Shown in pieces: positions 12,446 to 22,296 of a stretch of 64,000 nt of DNA. The stretch's first letter is position 1, and every line of letters starts with the position of its first letter. Below the pieces are notes generated by a model that worked only from the letters and a program-made list of their open reading frames with translations, had not been told where the DNA came from and did no database searches. The DNA lies in the NCBI GenBank assembly GCA_004366205.1, contig SIRW01000042.1, positions 14,963 through 78,962 of the forward strand, given 5' to 3'. The translations under genes and the position numbers were made by a program. Origin of the DNA: Actinomycetota bacterium. GTDB lineage: Bacteria; Actinomycetota; Acidimicrobiia; Acidimicrobiales; CADCSY01.

Positions 12446-13587
12446 ACGAGACCATCCGCCTGGGCCGCATCGCCGGCATCGCCGTCGGCCTCAACTGGAG
12501 CCTCATCGTCATCTTCGTGCTCGTCGCCACGGCCCTGGCCGGCGGGCGCTTCCCGGCCGTGCACCCGGGTCACGGCGCGGCCGCCTACGTGGTGGCGGGC
12601 GTCGCCACCGCGCTGCTCTTCTTCTGCTCGATCCTCGCCCACGAGCTGGGCCACGCCCTCGTCGCCCGGCGCAACGGCGTGGAGGTGGAGGGCATCACCC
12701 TGTGGCTGTTCGGCGGCGTCGCCCGGCTCGGCGGCGAGTCGCCCGACCCGGGCGCCGAGCTGCGGATCGCCGCCGTGGGCCCCGCCATCAGCGTGCTGGT
12801 CGGCGCCGCCGCCGGCGCGGCCGCCGTGCTGCTCGACCTGATCGGCGCCCACGAGCTGCTCGTCGGCACCGCCACCTGGCTGGCGATCATCAACGTCGTG
12901 CTGGCGGTGTTCAACCTGCTGCCGGGCGCCCCGCTCGACGGCGGGCGCATCCTGCGGGCGCTGCTGTGGTGGCGCAGCGGCGACCGGGTCGGCTCGGCGG
13001 TCAAGGCGGCGCGGGGAGGGCGCGCCATCGGCTGGCTGCTGGTCGTCCTCGGCGTCCTCGAGTTCGCGGCGGGGGCGGGCCTGGGCGGCCTGTGGTTCGC
13101 GCTGATCGGCTGGTTCCTCATCAACGTGGCCCGGGCCGAGGAGGGCAGCGCCGTGCTCCGGGGAGCGCTCGGCGGCATCACGGTCCGCCAGGCCATGTCG
13201 CCCGACCCCGTCACCGTGCACGCCGCCGTCCCGGTGTCCCAGCTCATCGACGAGTACCTGTTCCGGCACCGCTTCTCGGCGTTCCCGGTGCTGGCCGACG
13301 ACGGCCGGCCGCCTGGCCTCGTCACGCTCAACGCCATGAAGGCGGTGGCGCCCGACCGGCGGCCGACGACCCCCGTCGGCGACATCGCCTACTGGGGCGA
13401 CGAGGTGCCCCGGGCCGCGCCCGACGACGCCCTGGCCGAGCTGCTGCCGCGGCTCAACGGCGCCGAGGGCCGGGCCCTGGTGTTCGACCGGGGCCGCCTG
13501 GTCGGGATCGTGTCGCCCACCGACGTCGCCCGCATCATCGAGCTCGCCGAGCTGGGCGCGGCCGGCCACCGCCTGCCGCTGCCGTAG
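12442..13587 (+). CDS. site-2 (M50) zinc metalloprotease with C-terminal CBS pair
   Basis: HELGHALVARRNG zinc motif within a multi-TM N-terminal half, with NLLPGAPLDGGR as the second motif. The C-terminal soluble half resembles CBS domains. GTG 12442 overlaps the GH57 stop. Confidence 0.8.
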   Translation: MNETIRLGRIAGIAVGLNWSLIVIFVLVATALAGGRFPAVHPGHGAAAYVVAGVATALLFFCSILAHELGHALVARRNGVEVEGITLWLFGGVARLGGESPDPGAELRIAAVGPAISVLVGAAAGAAAVLLDLIGAHELLVGTATWLAIINVVLAVFNLLPGAPLDGGRILRALLWWRSGDRVGSAVKAARGGRAIGWLLVVLGVLEFAAGAGLGGLWFALIGWFLINVARAEEGSAVLRGALGGITVRQAMSPDPVTVHAAVPVSQLIDEYLFRHRFSAFPVLADDGRPPGLVTLNAMKAVAPDRRPTTPVGDIAYWGDEVPRAAPDDALAELLPRLNGAEGRALVFDRGRLVGIVSPTDVARIIELAELGAAGHRLPLP

Positions 13588-13590
13588 GCG

Positions 13591-14034
13591 TCAGCGGGTG
13601 CCCTCGACCCGGGCCTTGAGGTTCCGCAGGTTGCGCTTCCAGATCCGCTTCATGACCCGGCTGCCCACGAGGGCGCCGAGCGGGCCACCCATCCAGACCG
13701 GGAAGGTCAGGCGCTCCTCCCAGCTGAACGTCGTGCCGCCGCGCCGCCGGCGGCGGATGAGGAACCGGCCGGTGCCGGTGACGACGCCCTCGTGGCGGAC
13801 GCCGATGGAGCGGCCGTCGTCCCACTCCGTCACGACCATGCGGTCGGTGAGCCGGAACGGCCCCACCTTGGTGTCGCACTCGAAGGTCGTGCCCACGCCC
13901 CGGCGCTGCCGGCTCGTGTAGCGGATGGCGACGGCGTCCTCCATCCACTCGGCGTGGCTGGCCAGGTCGCGGACCTCCCGCCACACGCGCGCGGGTGGAG
14001 CGTCGATGGCGGTGCTCACCTTGACCCGGGCCAC
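13591..14034 (-). CDS. SRPBCC (polyketide cyclase/dehydrase-like) family protein
   Basis: 147 aa. Sequence: MARVKVSTAIDAPPARVWREVRDLASHAEWMEDAV...FECDTKVGPFRLTDRMVVTEWDD..., a typical SRPBCC/START-like pattern. Confidence 0.65.
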   Translation of the reverse strand: MARVKVSTAIDAPPARVWREVRDLASHAEWMEDAVAIRYTSRQRRGVGTTFECDTKVGPFRLTDRMVVTEWDDGRSIGVRHEGVVTGTGRFLIRRRRRGGTTFSWEERLTFPVWMGGPLGALVGSRVMKRIWKRNLRNLKARVEGTR

Positions 14035-14046
14035 AGGCGTCGCACG

Positions 14047-14829
14047 CTAGCCCGGCTGCTGTCCCTCGCTGCCCCGGGCGGGCCCGGCCGGGCGGTAGAC
14101 GGACACGTGACGGCGGTCGCCCGGCGCGAAGGGCGCGCCGGTCCAGTCCCGCCACCGCTCCGCCAGCGCCAGCCCGGCGGCGGCCGCCATGGCGTCGAGC
14201 TCGTCCGGTGTCACGTAGCGCAGCAGCCACGGACGCAGCCGCACCCCGCCGTCCTCGGTGATCACCACGTGCTGGCCGGTGATCGACTGGGTGCGGCGAG
14301 CGCCACGGGCCACGCGGAGCACGACCCGGTCGACCTCGATGCGCACGGGCTCGACGGTGCCCTGCGGGCCGGCGGGATCGGGGTCGGGCACGAGGGCCTC
14401 CACGACGAGGGCGCCGTCGCCGGCGAGCAGGGAGGCGACGGCGCGGACCAGGGCCTGCTGGCCGGCCGCGTCGGCCACGTTGAACAGCGTGTTCACGGCC
14501 AGCACGGCCAGGGCGAACGGGCCGTCGACGGCCGCCTCGTCGAGGCGGGCGAGGTCGGCGACGACGGCCTCGACGGCGTCGCCGCCGGGCTTGGCCCGCA
14601 GTCGCTCGAGCATGGCCGGCGAGGCGTCCACGGCGACGACCCGCCGCCCGCCGGCCGCCAGCGGGATGGCGAGCCGGCCGGTCCCCGCGCCGAGCTCGAG
14701 CACCGCTCCGGGGCCGGCGAGCCCGGCGAGCGCGGCCACGGCGGCGGGCGTCTCCTCGGCGTGCGGGTACCAGTCGTCGTAGACGTCGGCGAACCCCTCG
14801 CCGTAGGTCTCGGGGCCGAATCCCTCCAC
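14047..14829 (-). CDS. class I SAM-dependent methyltransferase
   Basis: Motif I VLELGAGTGRLAIPLA, followed by VVAVDASPAML. Confidence 0.8.
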   Translation of the reverse strand: MEGFGPETYGEGFADVYDDWYPHAEETPAAVAALAGLAGPGAVLELGAGTGRLAIPLAAGGRRVVAVDASPAMLERLRAKPGGDAVEAVVADLARLDEAAVDGPFALAVLAVNTLFNVADAAGQQALVRAVASLLAGDGALVVEALVPDPDPAGPQGTVEPVRIEVDRVVLRVARGARRTQSITGQHVVITEDGGVRLRPWLLRYVTPDELDAMAAAAGLALAERWRDWTGAPFAPGDRRHVSVYRPAGPARGSEGQQPG

Positions 14830-14883
14830 GGCGAGAGTTGACCACGCCGGCGCGCCAGCGTGTGCTCGCTACCGTGGGGCGCC

Positions 14884-15942
14884 GTGAGCAGCGACCAGCG
14901 GCGTCCCGGCGAGATCCTGGCCGACCAGCGCCGTGCGCTGGCGCGCTACCTCAGCTGCGAGGTCGCCCCGCTCTCCCGGCACTACGGCCCTGTGCTCGAG
15001 CGGACCGGCCTGCGCGGGGGGCTCGCCTCCCTCGACGAGCTTGCCCGGATCCCGCTCACCGAGCCGGCCGAGCTGACCGACCAGGACGCCGTCGTGCTGC
15101 GCCCGCGGGACGGCAACGGTGCCGTGGGGTCGCTCGAGCTGCGCGGCCGGATCCTGTGGGCCCGCCTGACCCGCGGTCCGGCCCACGCCGACCGCGAGAT
15201 CATCGAACCGCTCTACAAGCCCGTGCAGTGGATCGAGCACGGTGGCTACCTGCTGGGCTACACGGCGGAGGACCTCGAGCGGCTCGCCGACCTGGGGCGC
15301 CGCTGGCTGCAGCTCGCCGGGCTGCGGCGCGCCGACCGGCTCCTCAACGTCCTGGCGCCGGCGGCCGGCCTGCCCCACTGGCAGCTGGTCCTCGGCTGCC
15401 GGCGCGCCGGCGTCGCCGCGACCCACCTGGGCGCGCCGCCGGACGAGGCGGCGCTGGCCCGGCTCTCGCCCACCGTCCTCGCCGGCACGCCCGGCGACGT
15501 GGAGCGCACCCTCGAGGTCGCCGCCCGCTCCGGCCGGCGCCTGGCGCACCTGCGGACCGTGCTGGTGGCGGGCGCCCCCCCGCCCGCCGACGCCGACCGG
15601 GCGCACCTCGCCGGCCTGGCCGGCGTCGACGGCGACCTCGCCGTGGTCGCCGCCTGGGCCCCGCCGGGTGCGCGTGCCGTGTGGGCCGAGTGCCGCACGG
15701 GCGACGCCCTGCACACCTGGCCCGACAGCGAGGTGGTCGAGGTCGTCGACCCCGGCTCAGGCCGCCCCGTCGCCGAGGGGCAGCCGGGCGAGCTGGTGTG
15801 GACGGCGCTGGGCTGGCGGGGCACGGTCCTGCTGCGCCTCCGCACCGGCGAGCGCGGCGCGCTGGTGCGCAGCGTGCCCTGCGCCACCTGCGGTCGGGGA
15901 ACCCCGCGGGTGCGACGCTCGACGGGGGTGGCGGGGGCGTGA
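14884..15942 (+). CDS. PaaK / F390-synthetase-like adenylate-forming-family protein, degenerate and C-terminally short
   Basis: The stretch GYTAEDLERLADLGRRWLQLAGLRRADRLLNVL...GELVWTALGWRGTVLLRLRTGERGALV...PCATCGR aligns in my memory with PaaK (GYTKNDIDTW...GELVFTSL...RYRTRDL). The SSGTTGKP P-loop position reads IEHGGYLL, and the C-terminal subdomain is missing. Track start 14860 (GTG) is possible. I prefer GTG 14884 because TACCGT (14870-14875) lies 8 nt upstream. Confidence 0.5.
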   Translation: MSSDQRRPGEILADQRRALARYLSCEVAPLSRHYGPVLERTGLRGGLASLDELARIPLTEPAELTDQDAVVLRPRDGNGAVGSLELRGRILWARLTRGPAHADREIIEPLYKPVQWIEHGGYLLGYTAEDLERLADLGRRWLQLAGLRRADRLLNVLAPAAGLPHWQLVLGCRRAGVAATHLGAPPDEAALARLSPTVLAGTPGDVERTLEVAARSGRRLAHLRTVLVAGAPPPADADRAHLAGLAGVDGDLAVVAAWAPPGARAVWAECRTGDALHTWPDSEVVEVVDPGSGRPVAEGQPGELVWTALGWRGTVLLRLRTGERGALVRSVPCATCGRGTPRVRRSTGVAGA

Positions 15943-17168
15943 CCGAGCGGACGCCCCCGCCCGCGGGCGAGGGTGGCGACGACCGGGCGCGTCGCGGATC
16001 GGGTGCCGGCACCGACCGGTCGACGCCGTGGGCCACACCCGGGGCGCCGCCCGAGGAGGCGCCGGCCCGCCGGGGCGCGCCCGCCGGCGATCCGGCGGCG
16101 CCGCCGGGCGCACCGGGGTACGGCCCGCCGCCAGGCTACGGCCCCCCGCCGGGCTACGGCCCGCCGCCGGGCGCAGCGGGGTACGGCCCCCCGGCCGGGT
16201 ACGGCCCACCGGGGCTACCCAAGGCCGGCGGGGTCCGCACGGGCCCGCTGCCGCTGCACCCGATGACGGTGGGGGACATCCTCGACGGCGCCTTCAAGCT
16301 GCTCAAGGCCAACGCCGTCACGATCCTCACGATCGTCGCCGTGTTCGTCGTGCCCATCCAGGTCGTGGCCGCCTACCTCCAGCGCAACATGCTGGGCGGC
16401 GCCACGTTCGTCGACACGTTCCGCGACCCGTCCCTCGCCGAGGTGACCGTCGACGGCGGGCAGACCGCCGCCGAGGCCGTGGCCACGCTCGTCGCGTTCG
16501 CCGCCAGCATCCTCGTGCTCCCGTTCCTGGCGGGCGCCATCAGCCAGGTTGTGGCGGCCAGCTACCTCGGCAGCGAGATCAGCGCCTGGCGGGCGCTGGC
16601 CATCACGCTCCGCCGGGCGTGGGCCCTCTTCGCCGCGTGGGTCGTGGTGCACGTCCTCGAGGTCGCCGGGTTCGTGGTGGCCGCCGTCGCCGGCGTGGCG
16701 CTCGCCGTGGCCGGCGCGGGCCTCGGGGGACTGGTGGTGTTCATCCTGCTGGGCCTGGGCCTCGGCGTGCCCGTCCTGCTCGTCGTCATGGGCCTGTCCG
16801 TCGCCGTCGCCCCGGCCATCGTCGTCGAGGGCCTCGGCCCCGTGCAGGGCGTCCGGCGCTCCTGGTCGCTCGTGCGGCGCCGGTTCTTCCCCGTGCTGGG
16901 CATCGCCCTGCTGGCGGGCTTCATCGCCTTCGTGATCGGGCAGGTCCTGGCCACGGTGCCGACCGTGCCCGCCCTCTTCGTCGACCTCCGGTGGGGATGG
17001 ATCCTGCTGGCCGCCGGGGGCATCCTCGGCGCGCTCGTGACCGAGCCCATCGTCGCCATCGTCGCCACGCTGATCTACTTCGACGCCCGCATCCGCACCG
17101 AGGGCTTCGACCTGCAGGTCATCGCCGCCGAGCTGGCCGAGCGCTCCGGACGGGTCACCGGTGGCTGA
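15939..17168 (+). CDS. polytopic membrane protein (GDPD-membrane-domain-like) with N-terminal Pro/Gly/Tyr repeats
   Basis: GTG 15939 overlaps the upstream stop (GTGA). The N-terminal low-complexity stretch PGYGPPPGYGPPPGYGPPPGAAGYGPPAGYGPPG is followed by ILDGAFKLLKANAVTILTIVAVFVVPIQVV and about 6 hydrophobic helices. Confidence 0.65.
   Translation: MTERTPPPAGEGGDDRARRGSGAGTDRSTPWATPGAPPEEAPARRGAPAGDPAAPPGAPGYGPPPGYGPPPGYGPPPGAAGYGPPAGYGPPGLPKAGGVRTGPLPLHPMTVGDILDGAFKLLKANAVTILTIVAVFVVPIQVVAAYLQRNMLGGATFVDTFRDPSLAEVTVDGGQTAAEAVATLVAFAASILVLPFLAGAISQVVAASYLGSEISAWRALAITLRRAWALFAAWVVVHVLEVAGFVVAAVAGVALAVAGAGLGGLVVFILLGLGLGVPVLLVVMGLSVAVAPAIVVEGLGPVQGVRRSWSLVRRRFFPVLGIALLAGFIAFVIGQVLATVPTVPALFVDLRWGWILLAAGGILGALVTEPIVAIVATLIYFDARIRTEGFDLQVIAAELAERSGRVTGG
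16116..16214 (+). repeat. five imperfect in-frame 18-nt tandem repeats (GGSTACGGCCCSCCGSSN) encoding (P)GYGPP(P/A) units
   Basis: Read directly: GGGTACGGCCCGCCGCCA / GGCTACGGCCCCCCGCCG / GGCTACGGCCCGCCGCCG / (GGCGCAGCG) / GGGTACGGCCCCCCGGCC / GGGTACGGCCCACCGGGG. Confidence 0.8.
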
Positions 17169-17862
17169 TCCCGGTCGGGTGCGACGGATCGCCGGGGTCG
17201 CCGTGCTGGTGGCCCTCGGGATCGCCACCCTGGTCGCGCCCGCCGCGGCTGCGCAGCCAGCAGAGCCGGAGTGGCCGGCGGCCGAGGTGCGTGACGACAT
17301 CGAGCGCATCCTCGCCCGTGCCGAGTTCCGCGAGCCGCCCCGCACGTTCCTCGACCGGGCCCGGGACTGGGTGCTCCGGCAGCTCGACCGGACCATCGAG
17401 GCCCTGGTGCGGGCGGGCGGGGCGGGCGTGATCGGCTGGGTGGTGGTCGGGCTGGCCGCGGTCGGCGCCGTGGTGTTCGCGGCCCGGTTCGCCCGCGGGG
17501 TGCAGGCGGACCCGGCCCGGGCCCGGCCCGTCGCCCCGGCGCCCCGACGGTCCGCGCGCGACTGGGGGGCCGACGCCGAGGCCCACGAGGCCGCCGGCCG
17601 GTGGCGCCCGGCGTTGCGCTGCCGGTACCGGGCGCTCGTCGCCGCCCTCGCCGAGCGGGGCCTCGTCGACGACGTCCCGGGCCGGACCACCGGCGAGTAC
17701 CGCGCCGAGGTCGACCGGGCCGCACCGCGCAGCGCGGCCGCGTTCGACGACGCCACCGCCTTGTTCGAGGCGGCGTGGTACGGCGACCACCCGACCGGCC
17801 CCGACGAGTCCCGGCGCTTCCGCGAGCTGAGCGACCGGGTCCTGGAGGCCGCCGGACGATGA
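17161..17862 (+). CDS. DUF4129 domain-containing membrane protein
   Basis: Signal/TM segment, then ILARAEFREPP...TM...ARDWGADAEAHEAAGRWRPALRCRYRALVAALAERGLVDDVPGRTTGEYRAEV...LFEAAWYGDHP. This is the DUF4129 signature as I remember it. It overlaps the upstream gene by 8 nt. Confidence 0.7.
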   Translation: MADPGRVRRIAGVAVLVALGIATLVAPAAAAQPAEPEWPAAEVRDDIERILARAEFREPPRTFLDRARDWVLRQLDRTIEALVRAGGAGVIGWVVVGLAAVGAVVFAARFARGVQADPARARPVAPAPRRSARDWGADAEAHEAAGRWRPALRCRYRALVAALAERGLVDDVPGRTTGEYRAEVDRAAPRSAAAFDDATALFEAAWYGDHPTGPDESRRFRELSDRVLEAAGR

Positions 17863-18975
17863 CCGCCGGCACCAGCCCCGCCGCCGCCGGGGCGGCGCGC
17901 ACCCGCCGCACCGTGCGGTTCTGGCTCGTGCTGCTCGGCGCCGTCCTGCTCGCCGCACTCCTCGTCGGCGCCCCCGGCCGGGAGGGACCCCCGCTCGACC
18001 CCGCCTCCACCGACCCCCTCGGCACCCGGGCGCTCGTGCTGCTGCTCGAGGCCCGGGGCGCCACCGTCGAGCTGGTCTCGGGCCCGACCAGCCGGCACGA
18101 CACCGCCCTTGTCCTCGCCGACGACCTCGACCCGAACCGCCGGTCGGTCGTGCGGCAGTGGGTCGACGCCGGCGGCGTGCTCGTGGTCGCCGACCCGCGC
18201 TCGGAGCTGCACGGGCTCGCGCCGACGGGCGGGGCGCGCATCGGCCCCGTCGAGCCCGTGCTGGCCGGCGACTGCCCCCATCCCGCCCTGCGGTCGGTCG
18301 AGCGGGTCGATCCCGCGGGCGGGCTCCTGTACCGGGTGCCCGACGGGGCCACCGGCTGCTTCTGGCGGGGGGACGCCGCCTTCGTGGTGCTGCGCTCCTC
18401 GGGCGAGGGCACGGTCGCCGCCCTCGGCGGCGCCGCCGCCCTCGTCAACGGCGCCATCGGGCAGGCCGACAACGCCGTGCTCGCCGCCGCCCTGCTCGCC
18501 CCGCGGGACGGCACCACCGTCGCCTTCCTCCGGCCGCCCCCACCGGGCGAGGGCGAGGCCGGCCTGCTCGACCTCGTCGCCCCCGACGTGAAGCAGGCGG
18601 TGCTGCAGCTGGCCGTGGCCTTCGTGCTCTTCGCCCTCTGGCGGGCCCGCCGCCTGGGCCGCCCGGTCGAGGAGGAGCTGCCCGTCGAGCTCGCCGGGTC
18701 CGAGCTCGTCGCCGCCACCGGCAACCTGCTGCAGCAGGCGCACCGCCGCGACCAGGCCGCCGCCCTGCTGCGGCGCCGGCTGACCGCCGAGCTCGGCGAG
18801 CGGCTCGGCACCGGCCCGGGGACGGCGCCGGAGGTCGTGGCCGAGGCCGCCGCCCGCCGGACCGGCATGCCCACCGAGCGCCTGCTCGCCGTGCTCGCCG
18901 GCGGTCCCGTCGCCGACGACGCCGCCCTCGTCGAGCTCGCCCACACCATCGAAGCCATCCGACAGGAGGTCGTCC

Positions 18976-18983
<8 letters not shown>
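17859..18983 (+). CDS. DUF4350 domain-containing protein (N-terminal TM)
   Basis: ATG 17859 overlaps the upstream stop. Sequence: RTVRFWLVLLGAVLLAALLV...STDPLGTRALVLLLEARGATVELV...RQWVDAGGVLVVADP. Its position immediately upstream of MoxR is typical for this family. Confidence 0.65.
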
Positions 18984-19941
<958 letters not shown>

Positions 19942-19946
19942 CCGCC

Positions 19947-21254
19947 GTGCCCGTCCCGACCGGACGCCTGGCGCTGCTCGCCGCCGCCCTGGCGGTGGTC
20001 GTGCTCTTGCTGCCCCTCGACATGCCGTGGGCGCTCCTGGTCGTCAACGGCGGGCTGCTCGCCGTCGCCGTCGCCGACTGGGCGCTCGCCCCCCCGCCCG
20101 GGAGGATCGGCGTCGAGCGGGTGCTCCCCGGCGTCGCCGTGCTCGGCGCCGCCGTCGAGATGGGCTGGGTCGTCCACAACCCGACGGGTCGAGCGTTGCA
20201 GGTGGCCCTCGCCGACGAGCTCGCCCCGTCGCTTCAGGCGGACGCCCGCCGGGCCAGCCTCACGGTCCCGCCGGCGGGTCGGGCTCGCGCCCGCACCAGC
20301 CTGCACCCCCGCCGGCGGGGCCGGTTCGAGGTGCGCGAGCTCACCGTCCGCGTGGCCGGGCCCCTGGGGCTGGTCGCCCGCCAGGCCGCCCGCCAGGTGC
20401 CCGCCACGCTGCGGGTGCTGCCCCGGTTCCGGTCGCGCGACGAAGCCGAGCTGCGCATCGAGCGCGCCAGGATCCTCGAGGTCGGGCTGCGCTCGGCCAA
20501 GGGCCGGGGCGGCGGCACCGAGTTCGAGGCGCTCCGGGAGTACACCGTCGACGACGAGTTCCGCCGCATCGACTGGGCGGCCACGGCGCGCACGGGCCGG
20601 CCGATCGTGCGCACGTACCGGGCCGAGCGCAACCAGAGCGTGATCCTGCTGCTCGACGCCGGCCGGACCATGGCCGCCCGCGTCGGGGGGGTGCCCCGCG
20701 TCGAGCACGCCATGGACGCCGTGCTCGCCCTCACGACCGTCGCCACCCGCCTCGGCGACCGGGCCGGGCTCGTCGTGTTCGACAGCGAGGTGCGGGCCGT
20801 CGTGCCGCCCGGGCACGCCGCCGACCAGGTCGCCCGGGTCACCGACGCCATGTACGCCGTCGAGCCCCGGCTCGTGGAGAGCGACTACCGGGGCGCGTTC
20901 GTGGAGACGCTCGTGCGCTTCCCCCGGCGGTCGCTCCTCGTGATCCTGAGCGAGCTCGCCGAGCAGGCCCTCACCGAGACCATGCTGCCCGCCCTGCCCC
21001 TGCTGGCCCGCGACCACCTCGTCGTGCTGGCCGGCGCTACCGACCCCGACGTGGCGTCGTGGGCGGCGGCCGTGCCCACCGAGGCGGGCACGGCCTACCG
21101 GAAGGCGGCGGCCGTCGCCGCCCTCGAGGAGCGCCGGCGGGTGGTGCACCGGCTGCGGGCGCTCGGGGCCACGGTCGTGGACGAGCCCCCGGATCGGCTC
21201 GCCGCCCGGCTGTGCGACGCCTACCTCCAGGTCAAGGCGACCGGTCGCCTGTGA
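19947..21254 (+). CDS. DUF58 domain-containing protein (MoxR partner, vWA-like)
   Basis: Sequence: GTEFEALREYTVDDEFRRIDWAATARTGRPIVRTYRAERNQSVILLLDAGRTM, the core DUF58 motif, preceded by two TM helices. Start uncertain (GTG 19947 chosen; track ORF begins at 19773 inside moxR). Confidence 0.8.
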   Translation: MPVPTGRLALLAAALAVVVLLLPLDMPWALLVVNGGLLAVAVADWALAPPPGRIGVERVLPGVAVLGAAVEMGWVVHNPTGRALQVALADELAPSLQADARRASLTVPPAGRARARTSLHPRRRGRFEVRELTVRVAGPLGLVARQAARQVPATLRVLPRFRSRDEAELRIERARILEVGLRSAKGRGGGTEFEALREYTVDDEFRRIDWAATARTGRPIVRTYRAERNQSVILLLDAGRTMAARVGGVPRVEHAMDAVLALTTVATRLGDRAGLVVFDSEVRAVVPPGHAADQVARVTDAMYAVEPRLVESDYRGAFVETLVRFPRRSLLVILSELAEQALTETMLPALPLLARDHLVVLAGATDPDVASWAAAVPTEAGTAYRKAAAVAALEERRRVVHRLRALGATVVDEPPDRLAARLCDAYLQVKATGRL

Positions 21255-21263
21255 CCGGCGCGC

Positions 21264-22274
21264 TCACGACGCCGCCGCCCAGCCCCGCGCCTCGTCCTCG
21301 CCGATCAGGCCCGTGAGGCCCCGGGCCGCCGCCTGCCGGCCCTGGGCGACGGCGTAGGCCACGAAGGCGAGCCAGACGGTGACGCCGATGCCCACCCGCA
21401 GGCTGGTGGGCCAGGGCCGGCCGGTGACGAACCCCTCGACGATGGCCGCCACCACGAAGACCACCACCAGGCCGATGACGATCACGACGGCCCGGCGCGC
21501 CTCTTCCACCAGCGCCGCCGACCGGCGCCGGTCGCCCGGCGCGATCAGCGCCCACCCCAGCTGCAGGCCGGCGGCGCCGGCGATGATCACGGCGGTCAGC
21601 TCCAGCAGCCCGTGGGGGAGGATCAGCCCGAAGAAGCGGTCGAGCTCGCCCACCGACGCGAACAGGCCGCCGGCGATGCCGATGTTGCCGCCGTTGAGGA
21701 CGAGCACGAACGCCGTCAGCAGGCAGAAGGCGATGCCGCCGGCGAAGGCCACGATCGACACCTGGATGTTGTTGGTGGCGACCTGCGAGGTGAACTGGAT
21801 CGCCGGCTGCGACGAGTAGTACGCCTCGAAGTCCTCGGTGATGTAGGCCTCGCGCACCGCCTCGGGCGCGGTGGCCTCCACGGCGCGGGGCGACCGGGCG
21901 AGCCACAGGCCCATGGCCAGGGCGGGGACGAGCAGGAGCGCGGCGCTGACGAGCACGAAGCGCCGGGCGTACCACATGGCCGCGGGGAACGTGTCGGTGA
22001 AGAAGCGCCCGGCCCGGCGCAGCGTGCGGGGCCGGGCGCCGTAGATCACCGCGCCGGCGGCGGCGACGAGGCCCGTGAGCCGGGCGACGAGGGCGGGATC
22101 GGCGAAGTACGTCCGGGCGTAGGACAGGTGGGTCGAGGCGCGCTGGTAGAGCCGCATGAGCTCGTCGAGCTCGGCGGCGTCGAGGCGCCGGACGCCCCGC
22201 TGGGCGCGGGCCGTCAGGGTGGCGAGCCGGTCCCAGGTGGGCTGGTTGCGGGCCAGGTAGCGGTCGATGTCCAC
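21264..22274 (-). CDS. stage II sporulation protein M-like (DUF95) integral membrane protein
   Basis: Sequence: RYLARNQPTWDRLATLTARAQ...LYQRASTHLSYART...NNIQVSIVAFAGGIAFCLLTAFVLVLNGGNIG...LPHGLLELTAVIIAGAAG. Start placed at GTG 22274 (VDIDRYL...), because the 5' 190 nt of the track ORF overlap the divergent RDD gene. Confidence 0.7.
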   Translation of the reverse strand: MDIDRYLARNQPTWDRLATLTARAQRGVRRLDAAELDELMRLYQRASTHLSYARTYFADPALVARLTGLVAAAGAVIYGARPRTLRRAGRFFTDTFPAAMWYARRFVLVSAALLLVPALAMGLWLARSPRAVEATAPEAVREAYITEDFEAYYSSQPAIQFTSQVATNNIQVSIVAFAGGIAFCLLTAFVLVLNGGNIGIAGGLFASVGELDRFFGLILPHGLLELTAVIIAGAAGLQLGWALIAPGDRRRSAALVEEARRAVVIVIGLVVVFVVAAIVEGFVTGRPWPTSLRVGIGVTVWLAFVAYAVAQGRQAAARGLTGLIGEDEARGWAAAS

Positions 22275-22282
22275 GCCGTCGG

Positions 22283-22288
22283 TACGGT
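22283..22288 (+). promoter_or_regulatory. candidate -10 hexamer TACGGT, 8 nt upstream of ATG 22297
   Basis: TANNNT in the 22-nt divergent spacer, with no SD. Confidence 0.3.
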
Positions 22289-22296
22289 AGCGGCCG

